NCBI RefSeq assembly: GCF_006345805.1
Contig: NC_043016.1
Location: 9,424,001-9,488,000 of the forward strand
Direction of reading: 5' to 3'
DNA length: 64,000 nucleotides
From: Octopus sinensis
Taxonomy: Eukaryota
Both the position numbers and the translations under genes were made by a program. Below the pieces are notes generated by a model. That model made no database searches. It was not told the DNA's origin and saw nothing but the letters and a program-made list of their open reading frames with translations. Below, in pieces: positions 11,973-24,010 of this stretch (its first letter is position 1; each line of letters begins with the position of its first letter).

Positions 11973-12178
11973 GTGTGGATATATAATATATATATATATA
12001 TTCAAATGAATATGGTACTTAAGCAAGAAGATGCACCAGAAATTTGTATGGTGTTATCCATATAAATCCATGGGGTGATTATAATTAAAACTGTTGTATA
12101 CTTACAATGTTTAATAAAATGAGGTAGCGTGAAACGATCGTACCAAATTACCGAAGATGTTCTTGTTGCTTATTTTGA

Positions 12179-12210
<32 letters not shown>

Positions 12211-12473
12211 TTATACATCTATGCATACATATGCTTTTTTTGAAACATATATTGGAAGTATAAATTATTTGAATAATACCTGTGTTTGACTCCATTTCTG
12301 AATGTATCCATGTTATACAAAAACATTTCACTTAACTCTGGAATTTCTACTTTTATAAGTAGGCTGTAATATCCTTGGCACTTATGTGAATTTTTGCTAC
12401 CTTGATAACATTTTATTTATTTTTTCTTGGTTATTTGTACACATTGAAATACAGATATGTGTGTGTGTGTGTA

Positions 12474-12518
<45 letters not shown>

Positions 12519-13305
12519 CATCATCATCATCACTTAGTGTCCGCTTTCCATGCTAGCATGGGTTGGACGGTTCAACTGGGGTCTGGGAGGCCAGAAGGCT
12601 GCACCAGGCCCAGTCTGATCTGGCAATGTTTCTACAGCTGGATGCCCTTCCTAACGCCAACCACTCCATGAGTGTAGTGGGTGCTTTTTACATGCCACCG
12701 GCACTGGTATCACAGCTACAATTTCCATTGATGTTGATTGATTTCGATTTTGATTCTGATTCTCACTTGCCTCAACAAGTCTTCACAAGTAGAGTTTTGT
12801 GTCCCAAGAAGGAAAGGTATGCATAAGTGGACTGGCTACATTCCAGGTAGAGGCCATGGGTTATGGTCTCACTTGGCTTGTCGGGTCTTTTCACGCACAG
12901 CATACTTCCATAGGTCTCGGTCTCTAGTCATTTCCTCAGTGAGACCTAAAGTTCGATGGTTGTGCTTCACCACCTCGTCCCAGGTTTTCCTGGGTCTACC
13001 TCTTCCACAGGTTCCCTCAACCGCTTTGGCGTGGCACTTTTTCACACAACTATCTTCAGCCATTCTCATCACATGACCATACCAGCGCAAATGTCTCTCT
13101 TGCACACCACAACTGATGCTTCTTAGGTCCAACTTTTCTCTCAAGGTACTTACACTCTGTCGAGTACGAACACTGACATTACACATCCGTCGGAGCATAC
13201 TGGCTTCATTCCTTGTAAGCTTACGCATATCCTCAGCAGTCACGGCCCATGTTTCACTACCATGTAGCATGGCTGTTCGTACACATGCATCATACAGTCT
13301 GCCTT
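12519..13305 (-). mobile_element. 5'-truncated RTE LINE (ORF C-terminus, 3' UTR, tail)
   Basis: ORF 12869-13270 LHGSETWAVTAEDMRKL...RGRPRKTWDEVVK is followed by the 3' UTR and (GAT)n tail. Confidence 0.9.
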
Positions 13306-13573
13306 ATATATATGTATATATATATATATACCCCTCAGCATAATCATTTTGGAATGTCCACTTGGATAGGCAATCTACAAGACGCCCAAAACTGAAATGA
13401 AAAACGAGTTCAGTTTTTATTCCAATGAGTTTATATTGAACGTTGCTACCCATAAGCAAGTAAATCATACATCAATGCAATTGTGACTTAATATTGCTAT
13501 CAATCCATGTAAAAAACATCTAATCAGGTAAACTCACCCAACTTTTCATGCTGCTATGCATGTAGATATAGAT

Positions 13574-13930
13574 CATCATCATTATCATCATCATCATCAT
13601 CGTTTAACGTTCGCTTTCCATGCTAGCATGGGTTGGACGTATGACTGAGGGCTGGCGAGCCATATGGCTGCCCCAGGCTTCAATTTTGTTCTGACGGAGT
13701 TTCTACAGCTGGATGCCCTTCCTAACACCAACCACTCTGAGAGTGTAGTGGGTGCTTTTACGTGCCAGTAAGGCGACACTGGTAACAATCATGCTCGAAT
13801 GGTCCTTTTTACGTGCCACCAGCACAGAAGCCAGTTAGCTGCTCTGGCAACAATCATGTTCGGATGGTACTCTTAGTTCTCTACAGATGCCAGTCATCGA
13901 ATTTGATTTCGATTTCGATTTCACTTGCGT
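13574..13930 (-). mobile_element. RTE LINE 3' end
   Basis: Same 3' UTR and (GAT)n tail as the other copies. Confidence 0.85.
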
Positions 13931-14169
13931 TACTATATGTCCAACATTGTCCCTATTCAGATCAATTTCCAAAACTTGAAGGATACTAGGTGTTTTTTTT
14001 TGTAACACCAGCACTGTTAGAGTCACTTTGTAACTTGCAGAGGAAAATTCCTGTTAATCCTGATCAAGTAACGCTAATTTTTCTGGTAGCAGATCTAGTT
14101 TGGTGGGGGAGGAGCCTCCATTTCCATTGGATACTTTGTTGTTGTCTTTGGATAAGAACCCATTTTCCA

Positions 14170-14475
14170 TGATTCCGAATCACGAAAATTGAAAATAATT
14201 AATTATTCAAAAAAAATTATTCAAAGACAATTTATTCGGAAAACAGCTATTCAAAATAAATTTTCATTTGTGTACTTGATTTTTGATTTTATTATTTTTG
14301 TTTAAGCAAAATAAAAAATTTATAATAATTATCATTTCATATAATTGTCCTTCTGAACAATTTTCATTCATACAATTTCCCATACAAATAAATGTTTTTC
14401 GAATAATTGTTTCCAAATAATTGCTTACGAATAATTGTTTACGAACAATTATTTTCAAACAATATTCACATAATC
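14170..14475. mobile_element. Foldback/MITE-like element with inverted arrays of ~15-bp subrepeats
   Basis: The left part repeats aattattc/ttattcg; the right part repeats the complement gaataattgttt(a/c)c. Confidence 0.4.
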
Positions 14476-14479
14476 TATG

Positions 14480-14910
14480 ATTCTACCCAGAAAAGGTTCT
14501 ATAGCAAGTCTACTCTTAAATGACGAGCAGAGAGCAGGATTTTGATTAAGGCGAGAAGTCAGATAACGAGGGTATCCACTGATTATTTTTAAACACTTTC
14601 CCTGGATCGTCAGTCAATGTGTCTTATGATCAAAGTGTGGCTTGAATCAAACTGTTTTGCTAGTTCTCATGCAGTTGCCTTTGGTTTTCCTTAACTACAG
14701 ATTTCAGAAGCTCAATATTGAATGAATTTGGTTGTCCAGTTGAAGAGGGATCAGTGAGAGAAAAATTCCCTTAGCGAAACTGGTCAGACTATCGCTGGTT
14801 TGTCTGGGCACTTTGAGTTTCATTTTCATAAACAGAATGAATATTTCTTGCCACTTATATTGTTGAAGAGCCTCTTTTGCATTCATACAGCATGCAGCGT
14901 TTGTTGAGAG
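14480..14910 (-). pseudogene. Decayed mariner (Mos1/SETMAR-type) transposase N-terminus
   Basis: Minus-strand fragments RCMLYECKRGSST, GNFSLTDPSSTGQPNSFNIELLKSVVKENQR and QWIPSLSD match the mariner HTH region and WVPHEL motif, with stops and frameshifts. Confidence 0.8.
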
Positions 14911-14965
14911 TTTCACCAAATCTCACTATGGTATAAAGTAATGTGAAACAAAAGGAAAAAGAATA

Positions 14966-15595
14966 CATACGTATTTACATACATACATATGTACATACAT
15001 ACATACATACATACATACATACATACATACGACATACTACCACATACATCATACGTACATACATACATACATACATACACCACACATACACACACACACA
15101 TCATACATACATACATACATACATACATACACACATAACATACATAATTCATACATACAAACATACAATACACACACACACACACAATTTACGTACATAA
15201 TACATACATACATACATACACACATACATACATACATTCATACATACATACATACATACATACATACATACACACACATTCATACGTACATACATACATA
15301 TATTCATACATCCATACATACATACATACATACACACACACATACACACACACATACATACATACATACATACATACATACATACATACACACACACATA
15401 CATACGTACATACATACATACATACATACATACATACATACATACATACATACATACATACATACATACATACATTCATACATACATACATACATACATA
15501 CATACATACATACATACATACATACATACATACATTCATACATACATACATACATACATACATACATACATACATACATACATACATACATGCAT
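14966..15595. repeat. (TACA)n microsatellite
   Basis: Directly visible. Confidence 0.97.
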
Positions 15596-16147
15596 CTATT
15601 CATTTCTTCCCAGAATGTCTACCCTTAGCTTTGCACTTCCTGAGCACCTCTTTCTCACAAGTATTCGCTCACAATAATTCATGCAAAAAGTGAGTGTATC
15701 TTGTCTCAAAGACATACAAGTTCCTACAAAGGCCATGGAAACTGCTCCTTTCTTTCAAACCCAGCAAATGATGAAAAAAAAAATGAATAAGCATGAAATT
15801 TGCTTCCCAGTCACGTGGTTCCAGGTTCAGATCCATTCCATGACATCTTGGCAAGTTTCTTCTACAATAGATCAAGGCCAACAAAAGCCTTCTCAGTGGA
15901 TTTGCTACACAAAAACTGCAATAAACCTGTTATAGACACACACACACACACACACACACCACACACAATCACCACACACTTGTGTATTGTGTGTGATAAT
16001 TCTCTCATCATGAACAACAAATGACGGTCAGTAAAATAAAGCAGTAATCATGTTCTATGGACACGAATGTGTCTCCTGAGAATAGCTGGTACTTTGCAAA
16101 GCTTTTAGCAAGTGGAACAAATTGAGGACTCAGTTTGTAAGAATACC

Positions 16148-16378
16148 TATTTCTTTACTACCCACAAGGGGCTAAACACAGAAGGGACAAACAAAGACAG
16201 ATACACAGATTAAGTCGATTACATCGACCCCAGTGCGTAACTGGTACTTATTTAATCAACCCCAAAAGGATGAAAGGCAAAGTCGACCTTGGCGGAATTT
16301 GAACTCAGAACGTAACAGCAGACAAAATACAGCTACGCATTTTGCCCAGCGTGCTAACGTTTCTGCCAGCTCACCACC
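16148..16378 (-). mobile_element. tRNA-derived SINE, family B (full length)
   Basis: Reverse complement of ggtggtgagctggcagaaacgttagcac...gtagtaaagaaata. Confidence 0.9.
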
Positions 16379-16663
16379 TTGAATATAAATAATATACATA
16401 TCAGTGTGTGTGTGTGTGTGTGTGTGTCTTCGTGTTTATGTTTGTGCTCCACTGCTTAACAACTGGTGCTTGTTGGTTTTGTTTAGATCCCTGCAACTTA
16501 ACAGTAAAGCAAAAAGAGAACCAATGGAATACATATCAGACATATGAAAATAAGTTCCGGGGCTCAGTTTGTTAAACTAAACTATTCAATGAAAGCCCAA
16601 ACAGGGCGGCAGTCCAGTGACTGAAATGAGTGAAACATAAAAGAAGATATACACATATTCACA

Positions 16664-16885
16664 CTTTACTTTTTACTTTTACTTTTTACTTGTTTCAGTC
16701 ATGTGACTGTGGCCATGCTGGAGCACCACCTTTAGTCGAGCAAATCGACACCAGGACTTATTCTTTGTAAGCCCAGTACTTATTCTATTGGTCTCTTTTG
16801 CCGAGCTGCTAAGTTACGGGGACGTAAACACACCAGCATCGGTTGGGGTGACAAACGCAGACTCACAACATATACACACACATAC

Positions 16886-16932
<47 letters not shown>

Positions 16933-17111
16933 AACACACACATATATACGACGGGCTTCTTTCAGTTTCCGTCTACCAAATCCACTCACAAGGCTTTGGT
17001 CAGCCCGAGGCTTTAGTAGAAGACACTTGCCCAGGGTGCCACGCAATGGGACTGAACCCGGAACCATGTGGTTGGTAAACAAACTACTTACCACACAGCC
17101 ACTCCTACGCC
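16664..17111 (-). mobile_element. tRNA-derived SINE, family A (full length)
   Basis: Head ggcgtaggagtggctgtgtggtaagtag, internal (TA/TG)n, tail (taaaaag)n. Confidence 0.92.
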
Positions 17112-17470
17112 TAATTTGAATTTATATTTTTACCTATGGTTATGAGTATACATCATTGCTGTATTAAATGATTAAGTAAATATTGAAAACATGAGCTTTC
17201 CAGTAAAAGAAAAATATTATCTAGTATGTATTCTATAAAAAGACCATCTAGTGTGTTTTCTATAAACAGAACAGGGAAAATATGCCAGCATTTCTTAAAA
17301 GCTTAATTTCTCATTCTGTGTATTTGTTGACAGCTAAATTCCAAGGATGGAATTTTGTTTCTCTACAAGAGAAAAAAAGCAAAAAACATGAAATAAGAAC
17401 CTTTGTCCTCTTCTGCATTCAAATAAATTTTAAAAAAATAAATGGATATCTATCTACATATCTACATATC

Positions 17471-17504
<34 letters not shown>

Positions 17505-17683
17505 ATATCTATCTATCTATCTGTATGTATGTATACTATCTATCTGTCTGTCTGTCTGTCTATACACATACATACATACACACACCACACATCTATGTAT
17601 TTATATATACATACATACATATATATATATATATATTATATATATATACCACGTATATATGTGTATAAACTTTATATGAGTAT

Positions 17684-18018
17684 AAACTATTGAAAAGGTT
17701 GTAAAATGCAACAAAAATTTTAGGACGATATAAATAAGAAAAAACATGGAAATTTTACCGGTGAGTGTGTTACATAATAAGGCACAAAAAGAAAATGACT
17801 CTCCCCAGACACAACAGAATATGCTTCAACACACGAACTCATATAAAGAAGAGAGTCAAAACTATTGAAAAGGTTGCAAGACGCAACAAAAATTTTAGGA
17901 CAATAAAAAAAAAGAAAAACGTGGAAATTTTACCGGTGAGTGTGTTACATAATAAGGCACAAAAAGAAAATGACTCTCCCTAGACACAATAGAATATGCT
18001 TCAACACACGAACTCATA
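17684..18018. repeat. Tandem duplication of a 175-bp unit
   Basis: aaactattgaaaaggttg...caacacacgaactcata starts at 17684 and again at 17859. Confidence 0.92.
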
Positions 18019-18188
18019 AAGAATCTTGCAAACCAAATCCAGAAACAAAATATATGTATACACATGAGTTGACCATGAAGCTATGGCTTTTGTGGATGCA
18101 AAACCATTGGTCACTCTATAACCATACATTAACTTTATTACTTTAATATATGTATATATACATAGATATACATATATCTACACACACA

Positions 18189-18230
<42 letters not shown>

Positions 18231-18487
18231 TAACATAAATAATATATATACATACATATATACATACTTATATGTACATACTTACATATATGCATATGTG
18301 GGCACAAAATGTTACAAAACGTGTACAACAAAAAGTTATGAAGCATAAGTGCATGGAACATAAACTATTCTTTCGAACAACAAAAGAGACAAATGGAAAA
18401 CAAAAAAAATAACATAAAGAACGACCCTTCATCAGTTGTTGGCTGTTTTTCTAGTCTCATATTTCGAGCATTTAACAACAATACATG

Positions 18488-18870
18488 CTTTGACTGCGGC
18501 TATGCTGGAGCACCGCCTTTAGTCAAGCAAATCGACCCCAGGACTTATTCATTGTAAGCCTAGTACTTATTCTATCGGGGTCCTTTTTTTAACGAACTGC
18601 TAAGTTACGGGGACGTAAACACATCAGCATCGATTGTCAAGCGAGGTTGGGGGGGAGGGGGGACAAACACAGGCACACAAACACACATACATATATATAT
18701 ATATATATGACGGGCTTCTTTCAGTTTCTATCTACCAAATCCACTCACAAGGCTTTGGTCGGCCTGAGGCTATAGTAGAAGGCACTTGCCCAAGGTGCTA
18801 TATAGTGGGACTGAACCTGGAACCATGTGGCTCATAAGCAAGCAACTTACCACACAGCCACTCCTACACC
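18488..18870 (-). mobile_element. SINE family A
   Basis: Same consensus blocks as 16664-17111. Confidence 0.9.
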
Positions 18871-18879
18871 TTTTGCAAT

Positions 18880-20340
18880 CAATACATTTTTAAAAGACTT
18901 GGAAAACTGCAATTTTTATGGAATTTCAATAAATGTTAGCAACCATTAAACAGAAAATGTTTTCCCTTTACTAATGCATTTTGATGCTGAAATATAAAAG
19001 TATAACAAGTAAAAAGTTTTAACATTGAATACTTTGCTAAATGAAAGATCAGAAAACTGTAGCTAGCTTTATAAAGAAATGTTTGGACAATAACAAAATA
19101 TCTTAAGAAAAAACATGTAGCATTTGTAGCTGCTGATCATAATATGAATTTTGAAGGAATTGGTTGTAAAGACTAGGAAAACATTTTTTATAAATTAAAT
19201 CTTTTGAACGATAAAATTTAAGAAGCTGGTTGTTTTACTTGCGTTTTTGATCACGAAACAGTTCAATAAGCTTCTGGGAGACATAAACAGGAAATTCAAT
19301 TAATAACAATGAAAATTTACTTTCATCAGTAATTCAACTGTGAAAACAGAAAATTTGGAAGATTTCTGTTCTTTTCTTGGCATTGAACACAAAATTCTTT
19401 TATCTTCCTCTGAAACACATTGGCTTTCACTTTCTAGGGTTATAAAACATGTTAGGAATGTTCAAAGGTTTGAAATCTTATTTTTAGTCTATAGATAAGT
19501 TTTAATTTATTAGTCAATTTTTTCAATCATCATTTTGGTGAGCTATATGTATTGGCTTGAACAATTTTCTGGAATTCATAAGTAGATAAATTAGATCAAA
19601 CAATTTTTGAGGTGAAAGAAATATTTTTGCTACTACAGAAATAATAGAATTACTGATTTTTTTTCTCTTCAGTCAAGCATAGAAAATTCTGAAATACTTT
19701 GATGATGATGAAAAAGTTTAAAATTTTGAAAATATTATTGAATTTTTCCTGTACAATAACACAAGATTATCTCACAAAGTGATTTTTAAAAAATACACCA
19801 ATTTCATTTTTTTGCACTGACTGATTCTGAATAAGTCTCCAGAATAGAAGGCATTTGAAGAATCAATCATAGATTTTCACAAATCGAACATCAAATTTAA
19901 TGATAATAATTTGTTTAAGGAATATGCCATTTTGAGAAGAAATATTATATGTAATAAGACTGAAAATAATTCAGACTGAAAAAAATTCAGACTGAAAAAA
20001 GAAAAACTATCAAGATAAATGGAATGTTGTTTCTACTCAAAGAGAATTTGGAAAACAAAAATGTAAATTCTTCATATTTTGTTCATATTTATCTTTGATT
20101 CTTAGACACAAATCTGATTGTGAATGAGTTTACGTTTTTTCTTTGGCTGATATTCTATGGTCAGAAGAAAGAAAGAGAATGGATGTTTTTGATAAACAAT
20201 GCTTTTATTTCATGTATCTTAGTTTCAATTTCAAATGTGTAGATTGTTCGAAATTCAATGTAATCAATTGGAATTGTAAAGGAAATATTTGCAAAAACAC
20301 GAAAAAAAAAAAGAAAAAAACCTCAGTGAAGCACGACGTT
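18880..20340 (+). pseudogene. Decayed hAT-superfamily transposase
   Basis: Broken frames give HVAFVAADHNMNFEGIG, KTENLEDFCSFLGIEHKILLSSSETHWLSL (T/SRW motif) and VYVFSLADILWSEERKRMDV (dimerisation domain). Confidence 0.8.
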
Positions 20341-20854
20341 AGTGATTTGTTGCATATTTTTTTTTTTATATACTGTGATTTTAACAATCTAAATTTTTTA
20401 AACATTTTCAATAAATGAGTCTACTACCAATAATTTTTATAAGGGCATATTATATATATATATTTTTTAAAGGCATATTACATATATATATATATATATA
20501 TGAATGTGAAATCACGGTGATACAGAACTAAATTCATTTTTTTAAATGTCTTGCTTTGAAAAACTGCATTTGGGTATGATTAGTATAATTTTGGTAGTAA
20601 TGACTTTGTCCCTCCTAGTTGAGGCATTTATGTGTAATAATGCCCTCTATACAATATAGATATAATTAATTTGTTCAAAGAAAAAAATATTTTCGAATTC
20701 TTTTCTTTATGAGGTTTTCACGCTAGCACCGATAATTTTTGTTAAGATCCCTTATTAAGAGATTATCCTTAATGTTAAACTTATATATATATATATATAT
20801 TTAAAGGCATTTATATATATATATATATATTTAAAGGCAATTATATATATATAT

Positions 20855-21150
20855 GAAAAAAATTAGAAAGAACCCACCTTTTATCAATTCAAAATTATAT
20901 ATGTTTTTATTATTTTTTTGCAATTTACTCGATCATTGGTATTTTATTGTTATTTAAATTTTAATATTTCTGTTATTATGTAATTTCTAGATGGTGTAAT
21001 TTAATTGTTCATTTTGAATTGATAAAAGTGTTCTTTCTAATTTTTTATATATATATATATTATTATATTGTGTGAAATTTGATTTAGTATTTCTAAATTG
21101 AATTTTTTTCCCTGTAAGTTAGGATTATTATTCCCTCAAATAATCATTAT
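20855..21150. mobile_element. AT-rich Penelope-like terminal fragments with inverted duplication
   Basis: aattagaaagaacccaccttttatcaattcaaaat near 20861 is inverted against attttgaattgataaaagtgttctttctaatt near 21011. Confidence 0.5.
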
Positions 21151-21459
21151 TATATATTATATATATATATATATAAATAAGATAGTTAAGATTCAGTTGA
21201 ATTAAGTATTTAAATTGAGGCACCTGGTTACGTCAAAGTAACATGCAACCCAAGCATATGAAGTAAAATATCAAACTCTGTGCAGAAGCGTTTGCACTTG
21301 ATATTCTTGCAGTGTATGCTGATAACATGATCCAACTTAGTGAATAGATCTGCTCATGGTTGTTCAGACATATACTTTATATAAAATTCTTTCTCTAATA
21401 TTTCCAATGTGCAGATTCTAAGGTAGATGAATGAAATATAAATGAATAACAAAAATGTA

Positions 21460-22102
21460 CAGGTGTCAATTCATTACAGCCATTTCAAGTGACTCCTTTA
21501 ATTACTCTCTCCCTTTTACTCTTTTACTTGTTTCAATCATTTGACTGCAGCCATGCTGGAGCACCGCTTTAGTCGAGCAAAATCGACCCGGGACTTATTC
21601 TTTGTAAGCCCAATACTTATTTAATTCAGTCTCTTTTTGCTGAACCGCTAAGTGACGGGGACGTAAACACACCAGCATCGGTTGTCAAGCACTGCTAGGG
21701 GGACAAACACAGAACACAACACGCACACACACATACATATATAACGACAGACTTCTTTCAGTTTCCGTCTACCAATCCACTCACAAGCTTGGTCGGGCCC
21801 GAGGCTATAGCAGAAGACACTTGCCCAAGATGCTACGCGTGGACTGAAACCGGAACCATGTGGTTGGTTAGCAAGCTACTTACCACACAGCCACTCCTGC
21901 GCCTAGTTAATGAAAACAGTACATCTTTGTAAAGAAACCGTTTTCGTCAGATGACAGCATAGACTTCAAACACAAAGGACTGACCAGCTGTTTTAACATA
22001 TTCACATCACCAACTGGAGCTCAAATATTTACATTGATTCTACCAAAGAAATAGCAGCAGGGGGGGGGGGTGATTGAGACAGCTGTAATGAATTGACACC
22101 TG
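21460..22102. mobile_element. TA-flanked Tc1/mariner-type MITE containing a nested SINE
   Basis: Perfect 21-bp TIR caggtgtcaattcattacagc / gctgtaatgaattgacacctg, flanked by TA at 21458-59 and 22103-04. Confidence 0.65.
21514..21903 (-). mobile_element. SINE family A (nested in MITE)
   Basis: Full-length consensus match. Confidence 0.9.
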
Positions 22103-22429
22103 TACATCTTTGTCACTCATTTATGTGTGTGTGTGAGTGCATGTGTGCGTGCGTGTATGTTTGTCCCCCTTCCCAGAGTTTGATAACTGCTTTGCATAGG
22201 GACCAATAGAATAAGTCTCGGACTTAAAAATTAAAAGTACTGGGGGAGAGGGGTCGATCTATTCGACTAAAAGTTCTTCAAGGCTATGCCTCAGCATGGC
22301 CACAGTTTAATGACTGAAACAAGTAAAAGATAAAAGATTTATATATAGATAGATTTTTAATAATTTGCAGAAGCAACAGAGTGACTCAAGGTCCGAGAAT
22401 TTCATATTTCATGCATTGGCACTTATATA

Positions 22430-22430
<1 letters not shown>

Positions 22431-22488
<58 letters not shown>
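22431..22488. repeat. (AAT)n
   Basis: Directly visible. Confidence 0.97.
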
Positions 22489-22489
<1 letters not shown>

Positions 22490-22589
22490 TTGAGGGAATA
22501 TTATTCCTAACTTACAGGAAAAATTCAATTTAGAAATACTAAATAAGATTTCACAAAATATAATATATATATTTCTTTCTTTTCTTTTC

Positions 22590-22957
22590 TTTTATCTTTT
22601 ACTTGTTTCAGTCATTTGACTGCGGCCATGCTGGAGCACCGCCTTTAGTCGAGCAAATCGACCCCGGGACTTATTCTTTGTAAGCCCAGTACTTATTCTA
22701 TCGGTCTCTTTTTGCCGAACCGCTAAGTGACGGGGATGTAAACACACTAGCACACAAACACACACACATACATATATATATATATACATATATACGACAG
22801 GCTTCTTTCAGTTTCCGTCTACCAAATCTATTCACAAGGCATTGGTGGGCCCGGGGCTATAGCAGAAGACACTTGCCCAAGATGCCACGCAGTGGGACTG
22901 AACCCGGAACCATGTGGTTGGTTAGCAAGCTACTTACCACACAGCCACTCCTGCGCC
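22590..22957 (-). mobile_element. SINE family A
   Basis: Full-length consensus match ending in ccactcctgcgcc. Confidence 0.92.
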
Positions 22958-22964
22958 TATATAT

Positions 22965-23235
22965 ATAAAATTAGAAAAAAACACCTTTTATCAATTCAAA
23001 ATGAACAATTAAATTACACTATCTAGAAAATTACATATAAAAGAAATATTAAAATTAAAATAACAATAATATACCAATGATTAAGTATATTGCAAAATAA
23101 TAAATAAAACATATATATTTGGTAGAATAACAACACGTGTTTCGTGGCTATATTTAAGAAATGATTATAGTAAAAAATTAAAGTAGTAGTAAAATCACTT
23201 CAATATAAATATAGCCACTATCATCACTTATTGCT
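22965..23235 (-). mobile_element. Penelope-like terminal fragment carrying a decayed hammerhead
   Basis: Homologous to 3822-4022 and 20855-21045, with the hammerhead motif at 23124-23234. Confidence 0.6.
23124..23234 (-). ncRNA. Decayed type I hammerhead ribozyme with long stem II
   Basis: AATAA-GTGATGA-TA-GTGGCTATATTTA...TAAATATAGCCAC-GAAA-CACGTG-TT|GTTATT: 13-bp perfect stem II base and palindromic stem III ACACGTGT. C3 is mutated. Confidence 0.6.
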
Positions 23236-23237
23236 TT

Positions 23238-23285
<48 letters not shown>

Positions 23286-23329
23286 GTGTGTATATATATA
23301 TGCATATATATATTATATTTATGAGTGTA

Positions 23330-23540
23330 TGTCTTTGTGTCAGTGTTTGCCACCACCAGAGCCCTTGCTTGACAACTGATGTTGGTGCATTTACATCACT
23401 GTAATTTAGCTGTTTGGCAAAAGAGACCAGTAGAATAAGTACCAGGCTAACAAAATAAGTCCTGGGGTTGATTTCTTCAACTAAAAATCCTTTAAGATGG
23501 TGCTCCAGTATGACTGCAGTTAAATGACTGAAACATGTAT
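23330..23540 (+). mobile_element. SINE family A, 3' half
   Basis: cttgacaactgatgttggtg...ggtgctccagtatgactgcagttaaatgactgaaac. Confidence 0.8.
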
Positions 23541-23907
23541 GAAAGAATATATGAAATTAAATAAATGACAAAAAAAAAACAGCACTTAAGTTATCAACTT
23601 CATTAACTGACTGCTGTTTCTACTGTAAGGTGCAGAGCACTCAGAGCTGAGTGTTTGTGCATCACCTTATAGTTTTCTTGGATCTTATAGCAGAAACGGC
23701 TGTGAGCTAATGAAATTCATTGCGTAATTCCTGTTCCCTTGTCATTTATATAATTTCATATTATGCTCTGTTCTCAACTGACACTTTATTCTGAATCATA
23801 CGTATATTAAGTTCTCACGCAAGGTTATTATCATTGCTATGCCTAAGAAAATTCTAAAAATACACACATACACACACACACACACACAAACACATATACA
23901 CACACAT

Positions 23908-23943
<36 letters not shown>

Positions 23944-23945
23944 AC

Positions 23946-24010
<65 letters not shown>

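Noticed and set aside
14774-14788. gcgaaactggtcaga, resembling a hammerhead GAAA-stem III-UC
   Set aside because: It lies inside the mariner coding remnant and has no upstream CUGANGA; chance match.
15421-15590. Apparent 60-bp higher-order period in (TACA)n
   Set aside because: Only two TTCA variants spaced 60 bp apart; ordinary microsatellite slippage.
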